Shown here: one piece after another, positions 9,444 to 21,000 of the stretch | Layout: each line of letters begins with the position of its first letter | How positions within the stretch are numbered: position 1 is the stretch's first letter | Origin: an uncultured Flavobacteriales bacterium | GTDB taxonomy: Bacteria; Bacteroidota; Bacteroidia; Flavobacteriales_D; CAJJDF01 | DNA length: 64,000 bases | Assembly (NCBI GenBank): GCA_937129365.1 | Contig: CAKZNB010000033.1 | Location: 4,754-68,753, forward strand | Direction of reading: 5' to 3' | Position numbers and translations under genes: made by a program | The notes under the pieces: model-generated | The model's database searches: none | What the model saw: only the letters and a program-made list of their open reading frames with translations | What the model was told of the DNA's origin: nothing

Positions 9444-10400
9444 ATGCAAAAAATTGTAGGAATTGGGATGCTATTTTTAGCATTCAATTCGCTTGCGTGC
9501 GACATATGTAATATGTCCGTAAGTTTAACACCGGATGATACCAAAAACAGTATCTCATTATTATATAGGCATAGGTTCGCTACCAAAACATTCACTTCCT
9601 TGGTTTATAAGCCAACTAATATTGATAATGGAAGCAGACACAGTGGAGTTATTTTACTCCCAGAAATGGAAGATCAAACTCACACTGAAACTTATACAGT
9701 GATTGATGTTAGGGGTGTTTATAATTTCTCAAATAGACTGAGGGTAATAGGCTCTATGCCTTACATTCAAAATGAAAGAATAATAAATGGAAAGCAACAG
9801 TTTACAATTCAAGGAATTGGAGATCCGTTTGTGATGGGGAAGTACAACTTGATAAGGACAAATTATGAAGATAAAAATAAATCTAATCATAGGGTTACTT
9901 TGGGAGGAGGAATAAAAATACCTCTTGGAAAGTATGATTTTTCTCAAAATGGAGAGCTAGTTCAGCATGATATTCAAGCTGGTACAGGTACATGGGATTT
10001 TCTATTGTCAATGGACTACATCTGGAAATACAACAAAATGGGAGCAATGTTTACTACTAATTATAAGATTAATACTCATAATAATGAAGCAAATTATATG
10101 TTTGGAAATACAAGTAACACAACGCTTAATTTGTTTTATGCTCAAACGATTAATAAAGTAACACTTATGCCTTATATAGGCGGTTATTTTGAGCAAGGAA
10201 ATAAAGACATAGAGAAATTTCATTATGAAGATAACACTGGTGGGAGTTTGTTGTTTGGAACAGCAGGATTCCAAGTTTTCTACAAAAACTTTCAAATTGA
10301 AACTTTGTATCAACAAACACTAGTAAATAAACTTAATGGAACATTGCAACTTAACACAAAAAACAGATTCCAAGTAGGAGTCACTTATTTATTTAATTAA
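9444..10400 (+). CDS. Putative outer-membrane beta-barrel protein with an N-terminal CDIC motif
   Basis: Signal peptide followed directly by ACDICNM. Alternating beta-strand pattern and a terminal aromatic residue (TYLFN). Confidence 0.55.
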   Translation: MQKIVGIGMLFLAFNSLACDICNMSVSLTPDDTKNSISLLYRHRFATKTFTSLVYKPTNIDNGSRHSGVILLPEMEDQTHTETYTVIDVRGVYNFSNRLRVIGSMPYIQNERIINGKQQFTIQGIGDPFVMGKYNLIRTNYEDKNKSNHRVTLGGGIKIPLGKYDFSQNGELVQHDIQAGTGTWDFLLSMDYIWKYNKMGAMFTTNYKINTHNNEANYMFGNTSNTTLNLFYAQTINKVTLMPYIGGYFEQGNKDIEKFHYEDNTGGSLLFGTAGFQVFYKNFQIETLYQQTLVNKLNGTLQLNTKNRFQVGVTYLFN

Positions 10401-10407
10401 AAATCAC

Positions 10408-10436
10408 TTCATGAAAAAAACATTATACTTCATGAA
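10408..10436 (+). promoter_or_regulatory. Bipartite TTCATGAAAAAAA-N8-TTCATGAA motif (copy 1 of 5)
   Basis: Exact TTCATGAA at 10408 and 10429, 21 bp apart, each followed by an A-run. Lies 56 bp upstream of the likely real start at 10492. Confidence 0.5.
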
Positions 10437-10491
10437 AAAAACCGATAATTCAATAAATAATACATTAAATTTAACAATAAAACCAAAAACC

Positions 10492-11304
10492 ATGAAAAAG
10501 ACACTCATCGCACTAAGTGCATTAACATTAATTTTTTCTTCTTGTAAGGAAGAAGAGCCTTTAACTCCTAAAACTACTGATACTTCTACTGATGTAAATT
10601 TTGTATTTAAACAATATTACGATGGATATGAAGTAACTGCCGCTGATTTTGGTGCAAAGCAATTTTTAAACGCTAAAGGAACTTCACATACTATATCTAA
10701 ATTACAATACTTAATCTCTGATATTACACTTCATAAAACAGATGGAAGTGAAGTAAATCTTGGAGGCTACAATTTAATAGATGTTTCACAACCTTTATCT
10801 CGTTTTTACACACCAGCTGTTCAGATTCCAGAAGGAAGCTACTCAGGAGTTTCTGTAACCTTTGGTTTTGACGGAAATGATAATAAAGATGGAGCTTACA
10901 CAGATTTGAACGCAGCTTCATGGTCTTGGCCAATGATGATTGGTGGAGGTTACCATTTTATGAAATTCGAAGGAATGTTTCTTGATAATACATCAACCAT
11001 GAAGGGATTTGCTTACCACAATGGTACTGCTTCAAAAATGAATCCGAATGGAACAAGAACTGCTGAAGAAAATCACTTTAGAGTAAGGCTTTGGGATGCA
11101 AATGGAGGATTTCAAGTAAAATCAGGAGAGAGAATGACAATTGATATTAACATGAATATTGCAGAATGGTTCAAGAACCCTATTTTATGGGATTTGGATC
11201 AATACCACATGATGTTAATGCCAAATTATACAGCTCAAAAAATGATTAACCAAAATGGTAGAAGTGTATTGTCACTAGGAAATGTAACTTCTCCTACGAA
11301 TTAG
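10492..11304 (+). CDS. MbnP-like lipoprotein (partner of the downstream di-haem peroxidase)
   Basis: The third in-frame ATG gives MKKTLIALSALTLIFSSC (lipobox). The body resembles Bacteroidota MbnP-family proteins (KLQYLISDITLHKTDGSEV, IPEGSYSGVSVTFGFD). The next gene starts 2 nt after its stop. Confidence 0.6.
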   Translation: MKKTLIALSALTLIFSSCKEEEPLTPKTTDTSTDVNFVFKQYYDGYEVTAADFGAKQFLNAKGTSHTISKLQYLISDITLHKTDGSEVNLGGYNLIDVSQPLSRFYTPAVQIPEGSYSGVSVTFGFDGNDNKDGAYTDLNAASWSWPMMIGGGYHFMKFEGMFLDNTSTMKGFAYHNGTASKMNPNGTRTAEENHFRVRLWDANGGFQVKSGERMTIDINMNIAEWFKNPILWDLDQYHMMLMPNYTAQKMINQNGRSVLSLGNVTSPTN

Positions 11305-11305
11305 A

Positions 11306-12427
11306 ATGAAAAAAATAGCTTTTCTTATATTATTGTCTGCTAGCATTATGTTGGTATCATCCTGCCGAAAGTCAGGATGTACCAACCCTGATGCAGTAAA
11401 TTATGACCCGGGAGCTAAGGTGGATGATGGCTCTTGTATTTGTACAAGCACAAGTGGGCCAACCCCTTATCAATTGCAAATACCTGCAACCTTTTCTCGT
11501 TTTTTACCACCGCCAACTATCCCTTCGGATAATCCATTGACAGTTGAAGGAGTGGCTCTGGGTAAGAAACTGTTTTTTGATAAAAGACTTTCAGATGATT
11601 TGACACAAGCTTGTGCAAGTTGTCATTTACCTTCTCAAGCTTTTGACGATACTAATAGATTTAGTATAGGAATTGATGGGCTTGCTGGAACGAGAAATGC
11701 AATGCCATTATTTAACCATGCTTGGAATACAAATAACAAGTTTTTTTGGGATGGCAGAGCAAATGGATTAGAAGAACAAGCTTTTGGTCCGGTTGTGAAC
11801 CCTATAGAAATGCATGACACCTGGCCAAATGTGGTAAGTAAACTACAAGCAGATGCTGTGTATCCAAGTATGTTTATGTCAGCGTTTGGAACCAGTACAA
11901 TTGATTCTGTTTTGGCTTCAAAAGCTCTAGCACAATATGAGCGAACATTAATTTCTGGAAACTCTCGTTTTGATAAATACTTACTAAGGCAAATTTCTTT
12001 GACTCCAAGTGAACTCAATGGTTTTTCATTATTTATGAGTGAATCAGGTGCAGATTGTTTTCATTGTCATGGAGATGCAAATAATCCACTCTGGACAGAT
12101 AATTTATTTCATGATAACGGGCTTGATTTAACCTATACAGATTTAGGGTTAGGGGCAATAACAGGAAACCCCTCTGATAATGGTAAGTTTAAAACCCCCA
12201 GTTTAAGAAATTTAGTTTTCACACCTCCTTACATGCACGATGGAAGATTTGCTACTCTAGACGAGGTAATAGACCATTACAGTTCTGGATTAAAAGCTTC
12301 GCCTAATGTTTCTCCTTTACTAAAGAATGTAGCTACTGGAGGAAATAATCTTACACCACAAGAAAAAGCTGATTTAAAAGCATTTTTGCTAACACTTACT
12401 GATTCTAGTTTTGTGCGGGGGCATTAA
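11306..12427 (+). CDS. Di-haem cytochrome c peroxidase family protein (MbnH/MauG/CCP-like)
   Basis: Two CxxCH haem motifs: CASCH (11612-11626) and CFHCH (12056-12070). Also carries FKTPSLRN and PPYMHDG, which are typical of the CCP/MauG family. Confidence 0.85.
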   Translation: MKKIAFLILLSASIMLVSSCRKSGCTNPDAVNYDPGAKVDDGSCICTSTSGPTPYQLQIPATFSRFLPPPTIPSDNPLTVEGVALGKKLFFDKRLSDDLTQACASCHLPSQAFDDTNRFSIGIDGLAGTRNAMPLFNHAWNTNNKFFWDGRANGLEEQAFGPVVNPIEMHDTWPNVVSKLQADAVYPSMFMSAFGTSTIDSVLASKALAQYERTLISGNSRFDKYLLRQISLTPSELNGFSLFMSESGADCFHCHGDANNPLWTDNLFHDNGLDLTYTDLGLGAITGNPSDNGKFKTPSLRNLVFTPPYMHDGRFATLDEVIDHYSSGLKASPNVSPLLKNVATGGNNLTPQEKADLKAFLLTLTDSSFVRGH

Positions 12428-13312
12428 TTATTTAGTTATAAATTTTAGTACTTTCTCACCATAATCTAGAAATCCCATAATCTTTGGAACATCCCCATGA
12501 TTAGCTCCAGAAATTCGATGAGCTTCTTTGTAACTTCCTCCATGTCTTTCGTAAATAACTTCTCCGTTTGAGATAGAAAGATAATCGTCAATTGTACCAT
12601 GAATCCACATGAGGGGTTGAGAAACGGATTTTATTTTTTCTACATTATCAAATTCTAAACTTGTAAAAAAAGTAGGAGAAACATCAATCAGCAAAGATTC
12701 TTCGGTTAGGTTTTCTGCAGAAGCTAAGGGTGCTTCCAAAATAAGTTTGTTAGGAGAAGCAGTTCCATAAAAGGCTGATAAATCAATTGCTGGTATGGTT
12801 CCCAAACTAAATCCATACATGACAACTCGCTGACTTGCCACTCCTTTTCCATTTAACCAATCCAAACAAACCTCCACATCTCTATACAGACTTGCTTCGG
12901 TTGATTTTCCTGTGGATAAGCCATACCCTCTGTAATCCATCATCAATACTCCATATCTATTTTTACTTCCAGTATTTGCAAGTAGTTTTGCTCTATTCCA
13001 ATAAGCATCCATGTGTTTGGATTGCCCATGGCAATAAACAATCACTGTATCTGTGCTTATTGTGTTCATGTTTCCAATGTAAACCGCATAGATTGTTTCT
13101 CCTGAATTTTCATTGGGAAGTTTTGAGGTTAAGCTTATCAGATTGATATTGCTATCTGGAATTCGATAACTACTTGGTAAATCTATTTCTTGATCACCTT
13201 CGTAATCTTCAAATTTATATTCAGTAATTTTTTCTCCTAAAAAAGGCAAATCATCCATTTTGAGACAACCAAATATGGAGAGCATAAGTGTTATGTAGAA
13301 TATGTTTTTCAT
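12428..13312 (-). CDS. Alpha/beta hydrolase
   Basis: Signal/lipoprotein N-terminus, a GFSLG nucleophile elbow, and later D and H residues (HGTIDD, GANHGD). Confidence 0.7.
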   Translation of the reverse strand: MKNIFYITLMLSIFGCLKMDDLPFLGEKITEYKFEDYEGDQEIDLPSSYRIPDSNINLISLTSKLPNENSGETIYAVYIGNMNTISTDTVIVYCHGQSKHMDAYWNRAKLLANTGSKNRYGVLMMDYRGYGLSTGKSTEASLYRDVEVCLDWLNGKGVASQRVVMYGFSLGTIPAIDLSAFYGTASPNKLILEAPLASAENLTEESLLIDVSPTFFTSLEFDNVEKIKSVSQPLMWIHGTIDDYLSISNGEVIYERHGGSYKEAHRISGANHGDVPKIMGFLDYGEKVLKFITK

Positions 13313-13358
13313 TTTTAAATATGTTTTTATAGAATCAAGAAATATTGCCGATTATCGG

Positions 13359-14024
13359 CTAGAATTTATAGCCAACTCCTAAATAAATTCCCGTAGCTCC
13401 TTTATCTCCCAATAAAGAAAAATAAGGAACAAAAGCATTTACATTATCATGACTTGGACCAAGCAGTTTCGTTTCAATAGAGTAGAACCAATTCTTTGAT
13501 TTGAATACTACTCCAAATTGTGGATTTACAAGCCATCTATCAAGTTGAGGTCTTCCTTGGGAGCGGACTCCAGCCAATTCCCACCAATTTTGAACTCCCA
13601 AATAAGCATAGTGATTTCTTTTACCAAAATTCCAATAAGCATTGATGTCAAGTTGCGGCCAAAACTTAAATTTAGCATCATTCATATCGTAAATAGCATT
13701 TCCGTTGATAGAAGTACTAAAAGATGGAACGAATTGATTTTTGGATTCATAAAAGCGATAGGTTGCCCCAAAGTCAGTCTGTAAATTGCTAAATAGAAGA
13801 GAGGTAATGTGCAAACTCCCAAATACAGTTAAATTTGTATCAATTCCTCGTGCATACACAACTGAACTGAGTGGAATAGGAATTACTGCCCCACCAAAAC
13901 CAATAGTTGGACCACCAATGTCTAAGGCTATTACTTGTTGCCCATTTTCAAGTGGTTCCACAAATCTGGAGGAAGCACAGGAGAAGAAAAAGATAATACT
14001 AAGACTATAAATTATTTTTTTCAA
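13359..14024 (-). CDS. Hypothetical lipoprotein or outer-membrane protein
   Basis: Lipobox FFFSC, beta-rich sequence and a C-terminal aromatic residue (GVGYKF). Confidence 0.5.
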   Translation of the reverse strand: MKKIIYSLSIIFFFSCASSRFVEPLENGQQVIALDIGGPTIGFGGAVIPIPLSSVVYARGIDTNLTVFGSLHITSLLFSNLQTDFGATYRFYESKNQFVPSFSTSINGNAIYDMNDAKFKFWPQLDINAYWNFGKRNHYAYLGVQNWWELAGVRSQGRPQLDRWLVNPQFGVVFKSKNWFYSIETKLLGPSHDNVNAFVPYFSLLGDKGATGIYLGVGYKF

Positions 14025-14099
14025 GTTGTTAAATTTTAATTGATATTAAATATAATTAAAAATTTCTCGTTAGTGGATTTATAATCAAAATCCGTAAAA

Positions 14100-14891
14100 A
14101 TGAAAAAGATACTTGTGTTACTAATTTTCCTGAGTTCTTCTATAGCTTACTCTCAAATAGAAGAAATTACAAAGACTAAAGTCTCTGTTAATTCTATTGG
14201 GTTAGATTATAGATTTGAAGGAGGGTTATCTCCTAACATAGGGATTACGTATCGAAGATTTTTTAAAGAATCAAAATACAATTTAAGAGCCAATCTTTCA
14301 TTAGGGGGTAATAATTTGTATTCTGATCAATCTTGGTATCCATACACTGGAGGTAATTTCTTGATTTATAATACAGGAGATTCTAATACTCCTATTATTG
14401 GAGTTACTGAAACTGTTTACCAAAACACTGCCTATCAAAGAATAGAAATTGGAGTAGAAAAAGAAACAAGGTTATGGAGACTAAATTTTATTAGCGGATT
14501 AGATTTTACAATTGGTCATAGGGTATCAAATAGATATGGAAGAATAACTGAAGTTGAACTTACAGAAGTTGAACAAAATGGATTTAAGTATAATCAATAT
14601 GGACCCAAAAGTTCTGATTCAACTTTTCCAAATGATGATTTGAATTATTTGAATTCAACTTATAATTCAATAACAGTGGGAGCAAATTTCAGAGGTGGTT
14701 TTAAAACAAACATATCTAGAAGGTTGTATGCAACAGCATTTATAGGAGTTAGAGCACAAGGGCAATTCCTGATTAGAGAAAAATTTGATTTTAAAAATGA
14801 ATCGTACAAAGATCATCTTCCAATTAAGCAAGGTGGCAATTCTTTTAATTTCGATACATTTGCTTCATTAGGATTACATTACAGATTTTAA
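14100..14891 (+). CDS. Hypothetical outer-membrane beta-barrel-like protein
   Basis: Signal peptide, beta-strand periodicity and C-terminal GLHYRF. Confidence 0.5.
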   Translation: MKKILVLLIFLSSSIAYSQIEEITKTKVSVNSIGLDYRFEGGLSPNIGITYRRFFKESKYNLRANLSLGGNNLYSDQSWYPYTGGNFLIYNTGDSNTPIIGVTETVYQNTAYQRIEIGVEKETRLWRLNFISGLDFTIGHRVSNRYGRITEVELTEVEQNGFKYNQYGPKSSDSTFPNDDLNYLNSTYNSITVGANFRGGFKTNISRRLYATAFIGVRAQGQFLIREKFDFKNESYKDHLPIKQGGNSFNFDTFASLGLHYRF

Positions 14892-14913
14892 AATTATATC
14901 ATACTATTTAATC

Positions 14914-14949
14914 AAAATCCCAAAGAAATTAATTTTTTGGGATTTTTTA
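14914..14949 (+). terminator. Rho-independent terminator
   Basis: AAATCCCAA ... TTGGGATTT stem followed by a T-run. Confidence 0.65.
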
Positions 14950-15063
14950 TTGAACCAAATTCTTGTTGAGGTGTATTAGGTTATGTAATTCGCATCCCTT
15001 AATTTTATATCTAAGGTTGTGTATTGAAGTGATTACACTTTTGAAAGACCAAAATATTGAAAT

Positions 15064-18000
15064 ATGAAATCAACTAATTATATCGTAGTAGGAGCAATTG
15101 TTCTGCTAGTATCATGCTCTATGTTCGGAAAGAAAAAAAATAAAGAAGTAACAGATTATCAGCAAAAGGAATATCCTGTGGGTGATAATTATGAGGCACT
15201 TTGGAAACAAGTTCAAGAACATGAAAGCAATGGGTTGCCAAAATCTGCATTAAAAGTTGTAGAAGAGATTTATACGCTGGCTACTAAAGAGAAAAACGTC
15301 AACCAGATTGTAAAATCATCGATGTATAAGATAAAGTACAGCCATACGCTAGAAGAGGAAAGTTATGTAAGTGCTGTGTATCAAATGGATAGTATGATTG
15401 CTACTTCTGAAGCTCCACAAAAACAAATTTTGCACAGCATACTTGCCGAAATGTACTGGAGTTACTACACCAGAAACAGATGGAAATTTAATAACAGAAC
15501 CGAAACGATAAATTTTCAAAAGCAAGACATCAGAACCTGGTCATTGGAAGATATTGTGAGAGAAACAAATACACATTATAAACTTTCTTTAACAGATGAA
15601 AATCAATTACAAGAATATTCCTTATTAAGTTTTAAAGAGCTGTTAACCAATGGGCAAAATACAGATTCACTTCGTCCTACTTTGTATGATTTTTTGGGAC
15701 ATAGAGCTTTGGCTTATTTTAGAAATACTGAGCCAGATATTACCAAACCAGCTTACTATTTTCAATTAGAAGAGGAAAAATGGTTTTTACCAGCAGAAGA
15801 GTTTGTAGAACTTCCAGTTAGCCATAAAGACACGAGTTCAACTAAGTTACAAGCTCTTAAAATATACCAGTTCCTCACAGGATTACACTTATATAAAACT
15901 AAAAACCTTGAGGCTTTAGCGGATTTAGAGTTAGATAGATTGCAGTTTATCAAAAGCTATAATTCAGTAGATAACGGAGATGAATTATACGTGAAGGGTT
16001 TAGAGGCTTTATCTACAAAAACAAAAAAAAGTGCATACTACTCTCAAGTTAGGTTTGTGTTAGCTCAATATTATTCAGGACAATCTTCTAATTACAAAAA
16101 AGAGTTGAAAAATGATGCTAAAAATGAATTATATAAAGCTTCTAAAAAGAAAGCCATTGAAATTGCTGAAGAAGCAATAAAAGCCTATCCAAATTCTTAT
16201 GGTGCAATTAATTGCCAAAATTTAATTAATACGATAAAATCTAAACGAATAGATTTTGTAAATGAAGAAGCAGTGATTCCTAATCAGTTATCAAAAGCGA
16301 AATTGTCTTTTACCAATTTAACTAAAGTATATTTCAAAGTAATAAAATTGGATTTTGATGATTACAGAGATAAGCGATTTAAAAATACAGAGGAAAGAGT
16401 AAAGTATTTCAATTCAAAAACAACTGTAAACACTTGGGAAATAAATTTACCAAATGATGGGATGTATAATCCTCATGATGTGGAGTTTGAAGTACCTAAA
16501 ATGCCAGCTGGGTATTACGCGATAGTAGCAGGGACAGATAAGAACTTCAGTTACCAAGATAATGCTATTTCTATTTCTCCATTTTGGTCTACTAACATTA
16601 GTTACATCACAAGAAGTGGAAATGGAGGCGCTGAAATCACAGTACTTGATAGAAAAACAGGAGAACCCATTGAAGGAGTAAAAGGAGAATTTTTTACAAG
16701 AAATTGGGATTATAATAAACGTAAATACATTACCAGAAAAGTAGCTACTAAATTTTCTGACAAAGAGGGGTATATCAAATTAAACAGTCCTTCAAAAAGC
16801 CAAAGCGTTACAGTTAATTTAACTAAAGATGGAGATAGGTTTGATAATGGAAATTCCATGTATCAGTATAGAAGTTATGGAAGCAAAATTAAAACTCAAA
16901 ATAGAGGAACATTATTTACGGATAGGGCTATTTACCGTCCAAACCAAAAAGTATATTTTAAAGGATTAGCTTTTTCTCAAAGAGTGAATGAAGCTAAAGT
17001 ATTGGCTGGTAAAAAAGTTATTGTTACATTTTTTGATGTAAACTGGCAAAAAGTTGATAGTAAAATACTAACTACCAATGAATTTGGAACAGTTTCAGGA
17101 GAATTTTTAACTCCACAAGGTTTGATTAATGGGAGAATGACCATTACTATGACTTTAGACAAAAAACAACTTGGGACTAAATCATTTTCTGTAGAGGAAT
17201 ACAAACGTCCGAAGTTTGAGGTAAATATTGATCCAATTGAAGGAGAATATAAATTGGATGAGAAAATAAAAGCAACTGGAATTGCCAAAGCGTTTGCGGG
17301 AAATATGATTGATGGTGCTAAAGTACAATACCGAGTTTCTCGAAGAGCTTCTTTCTCTTGGTGGTGTTGGTACTATTATGGATACAGACCAAATTCTACT
17401 GAGGTAGAAATTACAAATGGAACCACTGTAACGGATGAAAACGGAAAATTTGAAGTTGATTTTACAGCCATAGCAGATAAATCGGTTAATCAAAAATATA
17501 AACCTACTTATACTTACCAAATTGATGCAGATGTTACGGATTTGAATGGTGAAACAAGAAGCACCACTCAATATGTTTCGGTTGGGTATAATTCGTTGAT
17601 GATGAGTATTTCGGTTCCTAATGAATTGAATAGAAATAATAGCGAGAAATTTACTATTACTACAACAAATCTTAACGGACAAAAAATTGAAGCAAAAGGA
17701 AGAGTGGATGTGTATTTATTGAAAGAGAAAAAACGCCTAGAATTAAATAACAAATGGGAAAATCCAGATTTATTTTTAATGACAAAAGAGGAGCATGATA
17801 GAAAGTTTCCTTTTGAAGAGTACGGAAACAAATCTGACTATGAATTACAAGAGGAAGGAAAAGAAGAAACCTATTCGATAGGGTTTGATACCAAAGAATC
17901 GAATGAAGTAAGTTTTGATAGATTAAAAAGATGGAAAGTAGGTAGGTATCAAATCGAATTGATTTCTGAGGATAAATTCGGAAATGAAGTGAAGCAAATT

Positions 18001-21000
18001 CAAACAATGACTATCTATGACGATAAATCTAGAAAGATTCCAATGAATGAATTTTTCTGGACAAAAGGAGAAAAAGTGAGTGGTGAGCCAGGTGAAACTG
18101 CAGTAGTTCTTGTAGGCTCAAAAGCCAAGAATGTAAAGATGATGTATGAAATAGAACATCAAGGGAAGATTGTAGAAAAGAAATGGATTACACTAAACGA
18201 TGAATTAAAAAGAATTGAATTTCCTATTAAGGAAAAACACAGAGGAAATGTGTCTATTCATCTGGTTTTTGTAAAAGAAAATCATGTGTTTATGAAAAAC
18301 TACACGATTAGTGTGCCTTTCACTAATAAAGCATTAGAGGTAACTTTTGAGACTTTCAGGAATAAATTACTGCCAGGACAAAAAGAGAAATGGAAAGTAA
18401 ATATAAAGGGAAAGAAAGGAGACAAAGTACTTTCTGAAATGCTTGCAAGCATGTATGATGCTTCGTTAGATGAATTTGCTTCAAATTATTATGGATTAAA
18501 TATTTACAGTAGGTATTACGCTCAAAGAAGCTATAATTATAACCAAGGTTTCGGGTTAAACAACGCTTTTTTAATTCAAGAAGATTGGTATCCGGATTAC
18601 ATTCATGTTCCAAATAAAAGTTACTACACTCTCAATAATTTTGGGATGTACAATTACCGCTATTATGGAAATGGATTGCGTTATTCTAGAAGAAGTAAAA
18701 GCTATGCTCCAGTAATGGAATCTGTTGCAATGGAAGAAGCGGATGATGAACCAGGAAGTATAGATAAAATGGAGAAAAAGGATATTGCCAAAATGCCAGG
18801 AAGAAGTGCTGGTGATATTGCAGCTCAGGTTGGAGAAGGAAAAGTTTCTGTTGGTAATTCTAAGAATAAAGAATCAAATAACAGTTCAGGCTCAGATTTA
18901 TCCCAAGTAAAAGCTAGAAAAAACTTTAATGAAACCGCTTTTTTCTTTCCGCATTTAACGACTAATGCAAATGGAGATATTTCTTTTGAGTTTGAAATGC
19001 CAGAAGCCCTTACCAAATGGAAATTTATGGGATTGGCTCACACCAAAGACATGCGTATTGGGACCATCCAAAAAGAAATCATTACCCAAAAAGATTTGAT
19101 GGTTGTGCCTAATGTTCCTAGATTTTTAAGAGAAGGGGATAAGATTACTATTTCGAGTAAGATTAGCAATATATCTAAAAGATTATTAACTGGAGAAGCA
19201 CAATTGTTTTTATATGATGCTTTGACGAATGAGCCGATTGATGTTAAATTAAAAAATGTTTCCAAAAAAGGACTTTTAATTCATAGTGGTCATCATAATG
19301 ATGAAAAATCTATTGAACTGGAAATGAAAGCCAATAATACGATTTCTGGGGCTAAGAAAAAATTTATTGTAAAAGCTAAACAAAGCACATCCATAGAATG
19401 GCAAATTGAAATTCCATTTGGCATCCAAGCAGTGAAATACAAAATTGTAGCTCAAGCAGGAAACTTTACCGATGGAGAAGAAAATGCGTTACCAGTATTG
19501 ACAAACAGAATGTTGGTAACAGAATCCATGCCTTTGCCCGTGAAAAAAGCGGGAACGCATACTTTCAATTTTGATAAACTGAAAAACTCAGGTTCTTCAA
19601 CCAGTTTGAAACATCACAAAGTTTCGTTGGAATATACAAGTAATCCAGCTTGGTATGTGGTTCAGGCAATGCCTTACATGATGGAATATCCGTACGATTG
19701 TGCAGAGCAAACGTTTACACGATTTTATGCAAATTCGTTAGCCACTCACATCATGAATGGAAACCCAAAAATTAAAGAAATAGTTTCTGCTTGGCAAAAC
19801 GAATCGCCAGAGGCTTTCTTATCTAATTTGGAGAAAAACCAAGAATTGAAAGCGGTGATTTTGGAACAAACTCCTTGGGTGTTGGATGCTAAAAATGAAA
19901 CTGAAAACAAAAAGCGAATTGCTCAATTATTTGATTTAAATAAAATGAGTGGTCAGCTTTCCAGGGCGATGAACAAACTCCAAAAAATGCAAAAATCAAG
20001 TGGAGGTTGGCCTTGGTTTGAGGGAATGAAAGAAAGCAGATACATCACTCAGCATGTTGCCACAGGAATGGGACATTTGGATTTCTTAGGAGTAAAGAAT
20101 GTACGAGAAAATGCCAAAACATGGAGAATGGTAAAGCAAGCCATCAAATTTTTGGATAGAGAAATCAAAGAAGATTTGGAGAGAGTGAAGCGTTACGATA
20201 AAAATTACAAAGAGAACCAGCACATTAATAATTTGCAAGTGCAGTATTTGTATGCGCGTAGTTTCTTTAAGGACATTCCAATCCCTTCGGCTTCGCGAGA
20301 GGCTTACGACTATTATTTAGGTCAATCGAAAACTTATTGGTTAAAGTTTAATAACTACCAGCAAGGAATGATTGGATTGGCTAATTTCCGAATTGATAAA
20401 AACGCTGAAGTAACCAAAAAAATAATGGCTTCGCTAAAAGAACGTTCTATCGTTCATCCAGAACTAGGAATGTATTGGAAAGGAATGATGGATGGTGGAT
20501 ATTATTGGTACCAAGCTCCAATTGAAACACAAGCCTTGATGATTGAGTTATTTGATGTAGCAGGAAACGACCAAGAAACAGTAAATGAATTGAAAACTTG
20601 GCTCTTGAAACAAAAGCAAACTACCAATTGGAAAACGACCAAAGCTACTACTGAAGCGTGTTATGCTTTGTTACTTAACGGAACAGATATTTTGGCGAAT
20701 GATGACTTGGCTCAAATAAAAGTCGGAAATATCAATATTGCTTATTCTGGAAAAGAAACAGCTACAAATAGGGTAGTTAAATCAGAAAAAGGAACTGGGT
20801 ATTTTAAAACTGCTTGGAGTGGAGAAGAGGTGAAGCCTGAAATGGGAACCGTAACCGTAACCAAAAAACAAGATGGAGTTTCTTGGGGAGCTTTGTACTG
20901 GCAATACTTTGAGGATTTAGATAAAATTACTCCACACGTAACACCACTTAAGATTAAGAAAAAACTCTTTATCGAAAAGAATACAGAGAAAGGAAAAGTG

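Noticed and set aside
10411-10491. Annotated N-terminal 27-aa extension of the MbnP-like ORF
   Set aside because: The extension consists of the two TTCATGAAAAAAA motif copies. The lipoprotein signal starts at the third ATG (10492).
16977-18007. Several 100-166-aa minus-strand ORFs inside the alpha-2-macroglobulin gene
   Set aside because: These are shadow ORFs in an AT-rich gene. The plus strand is one uninterrupted 2099-codon frame with recognisable motifs.
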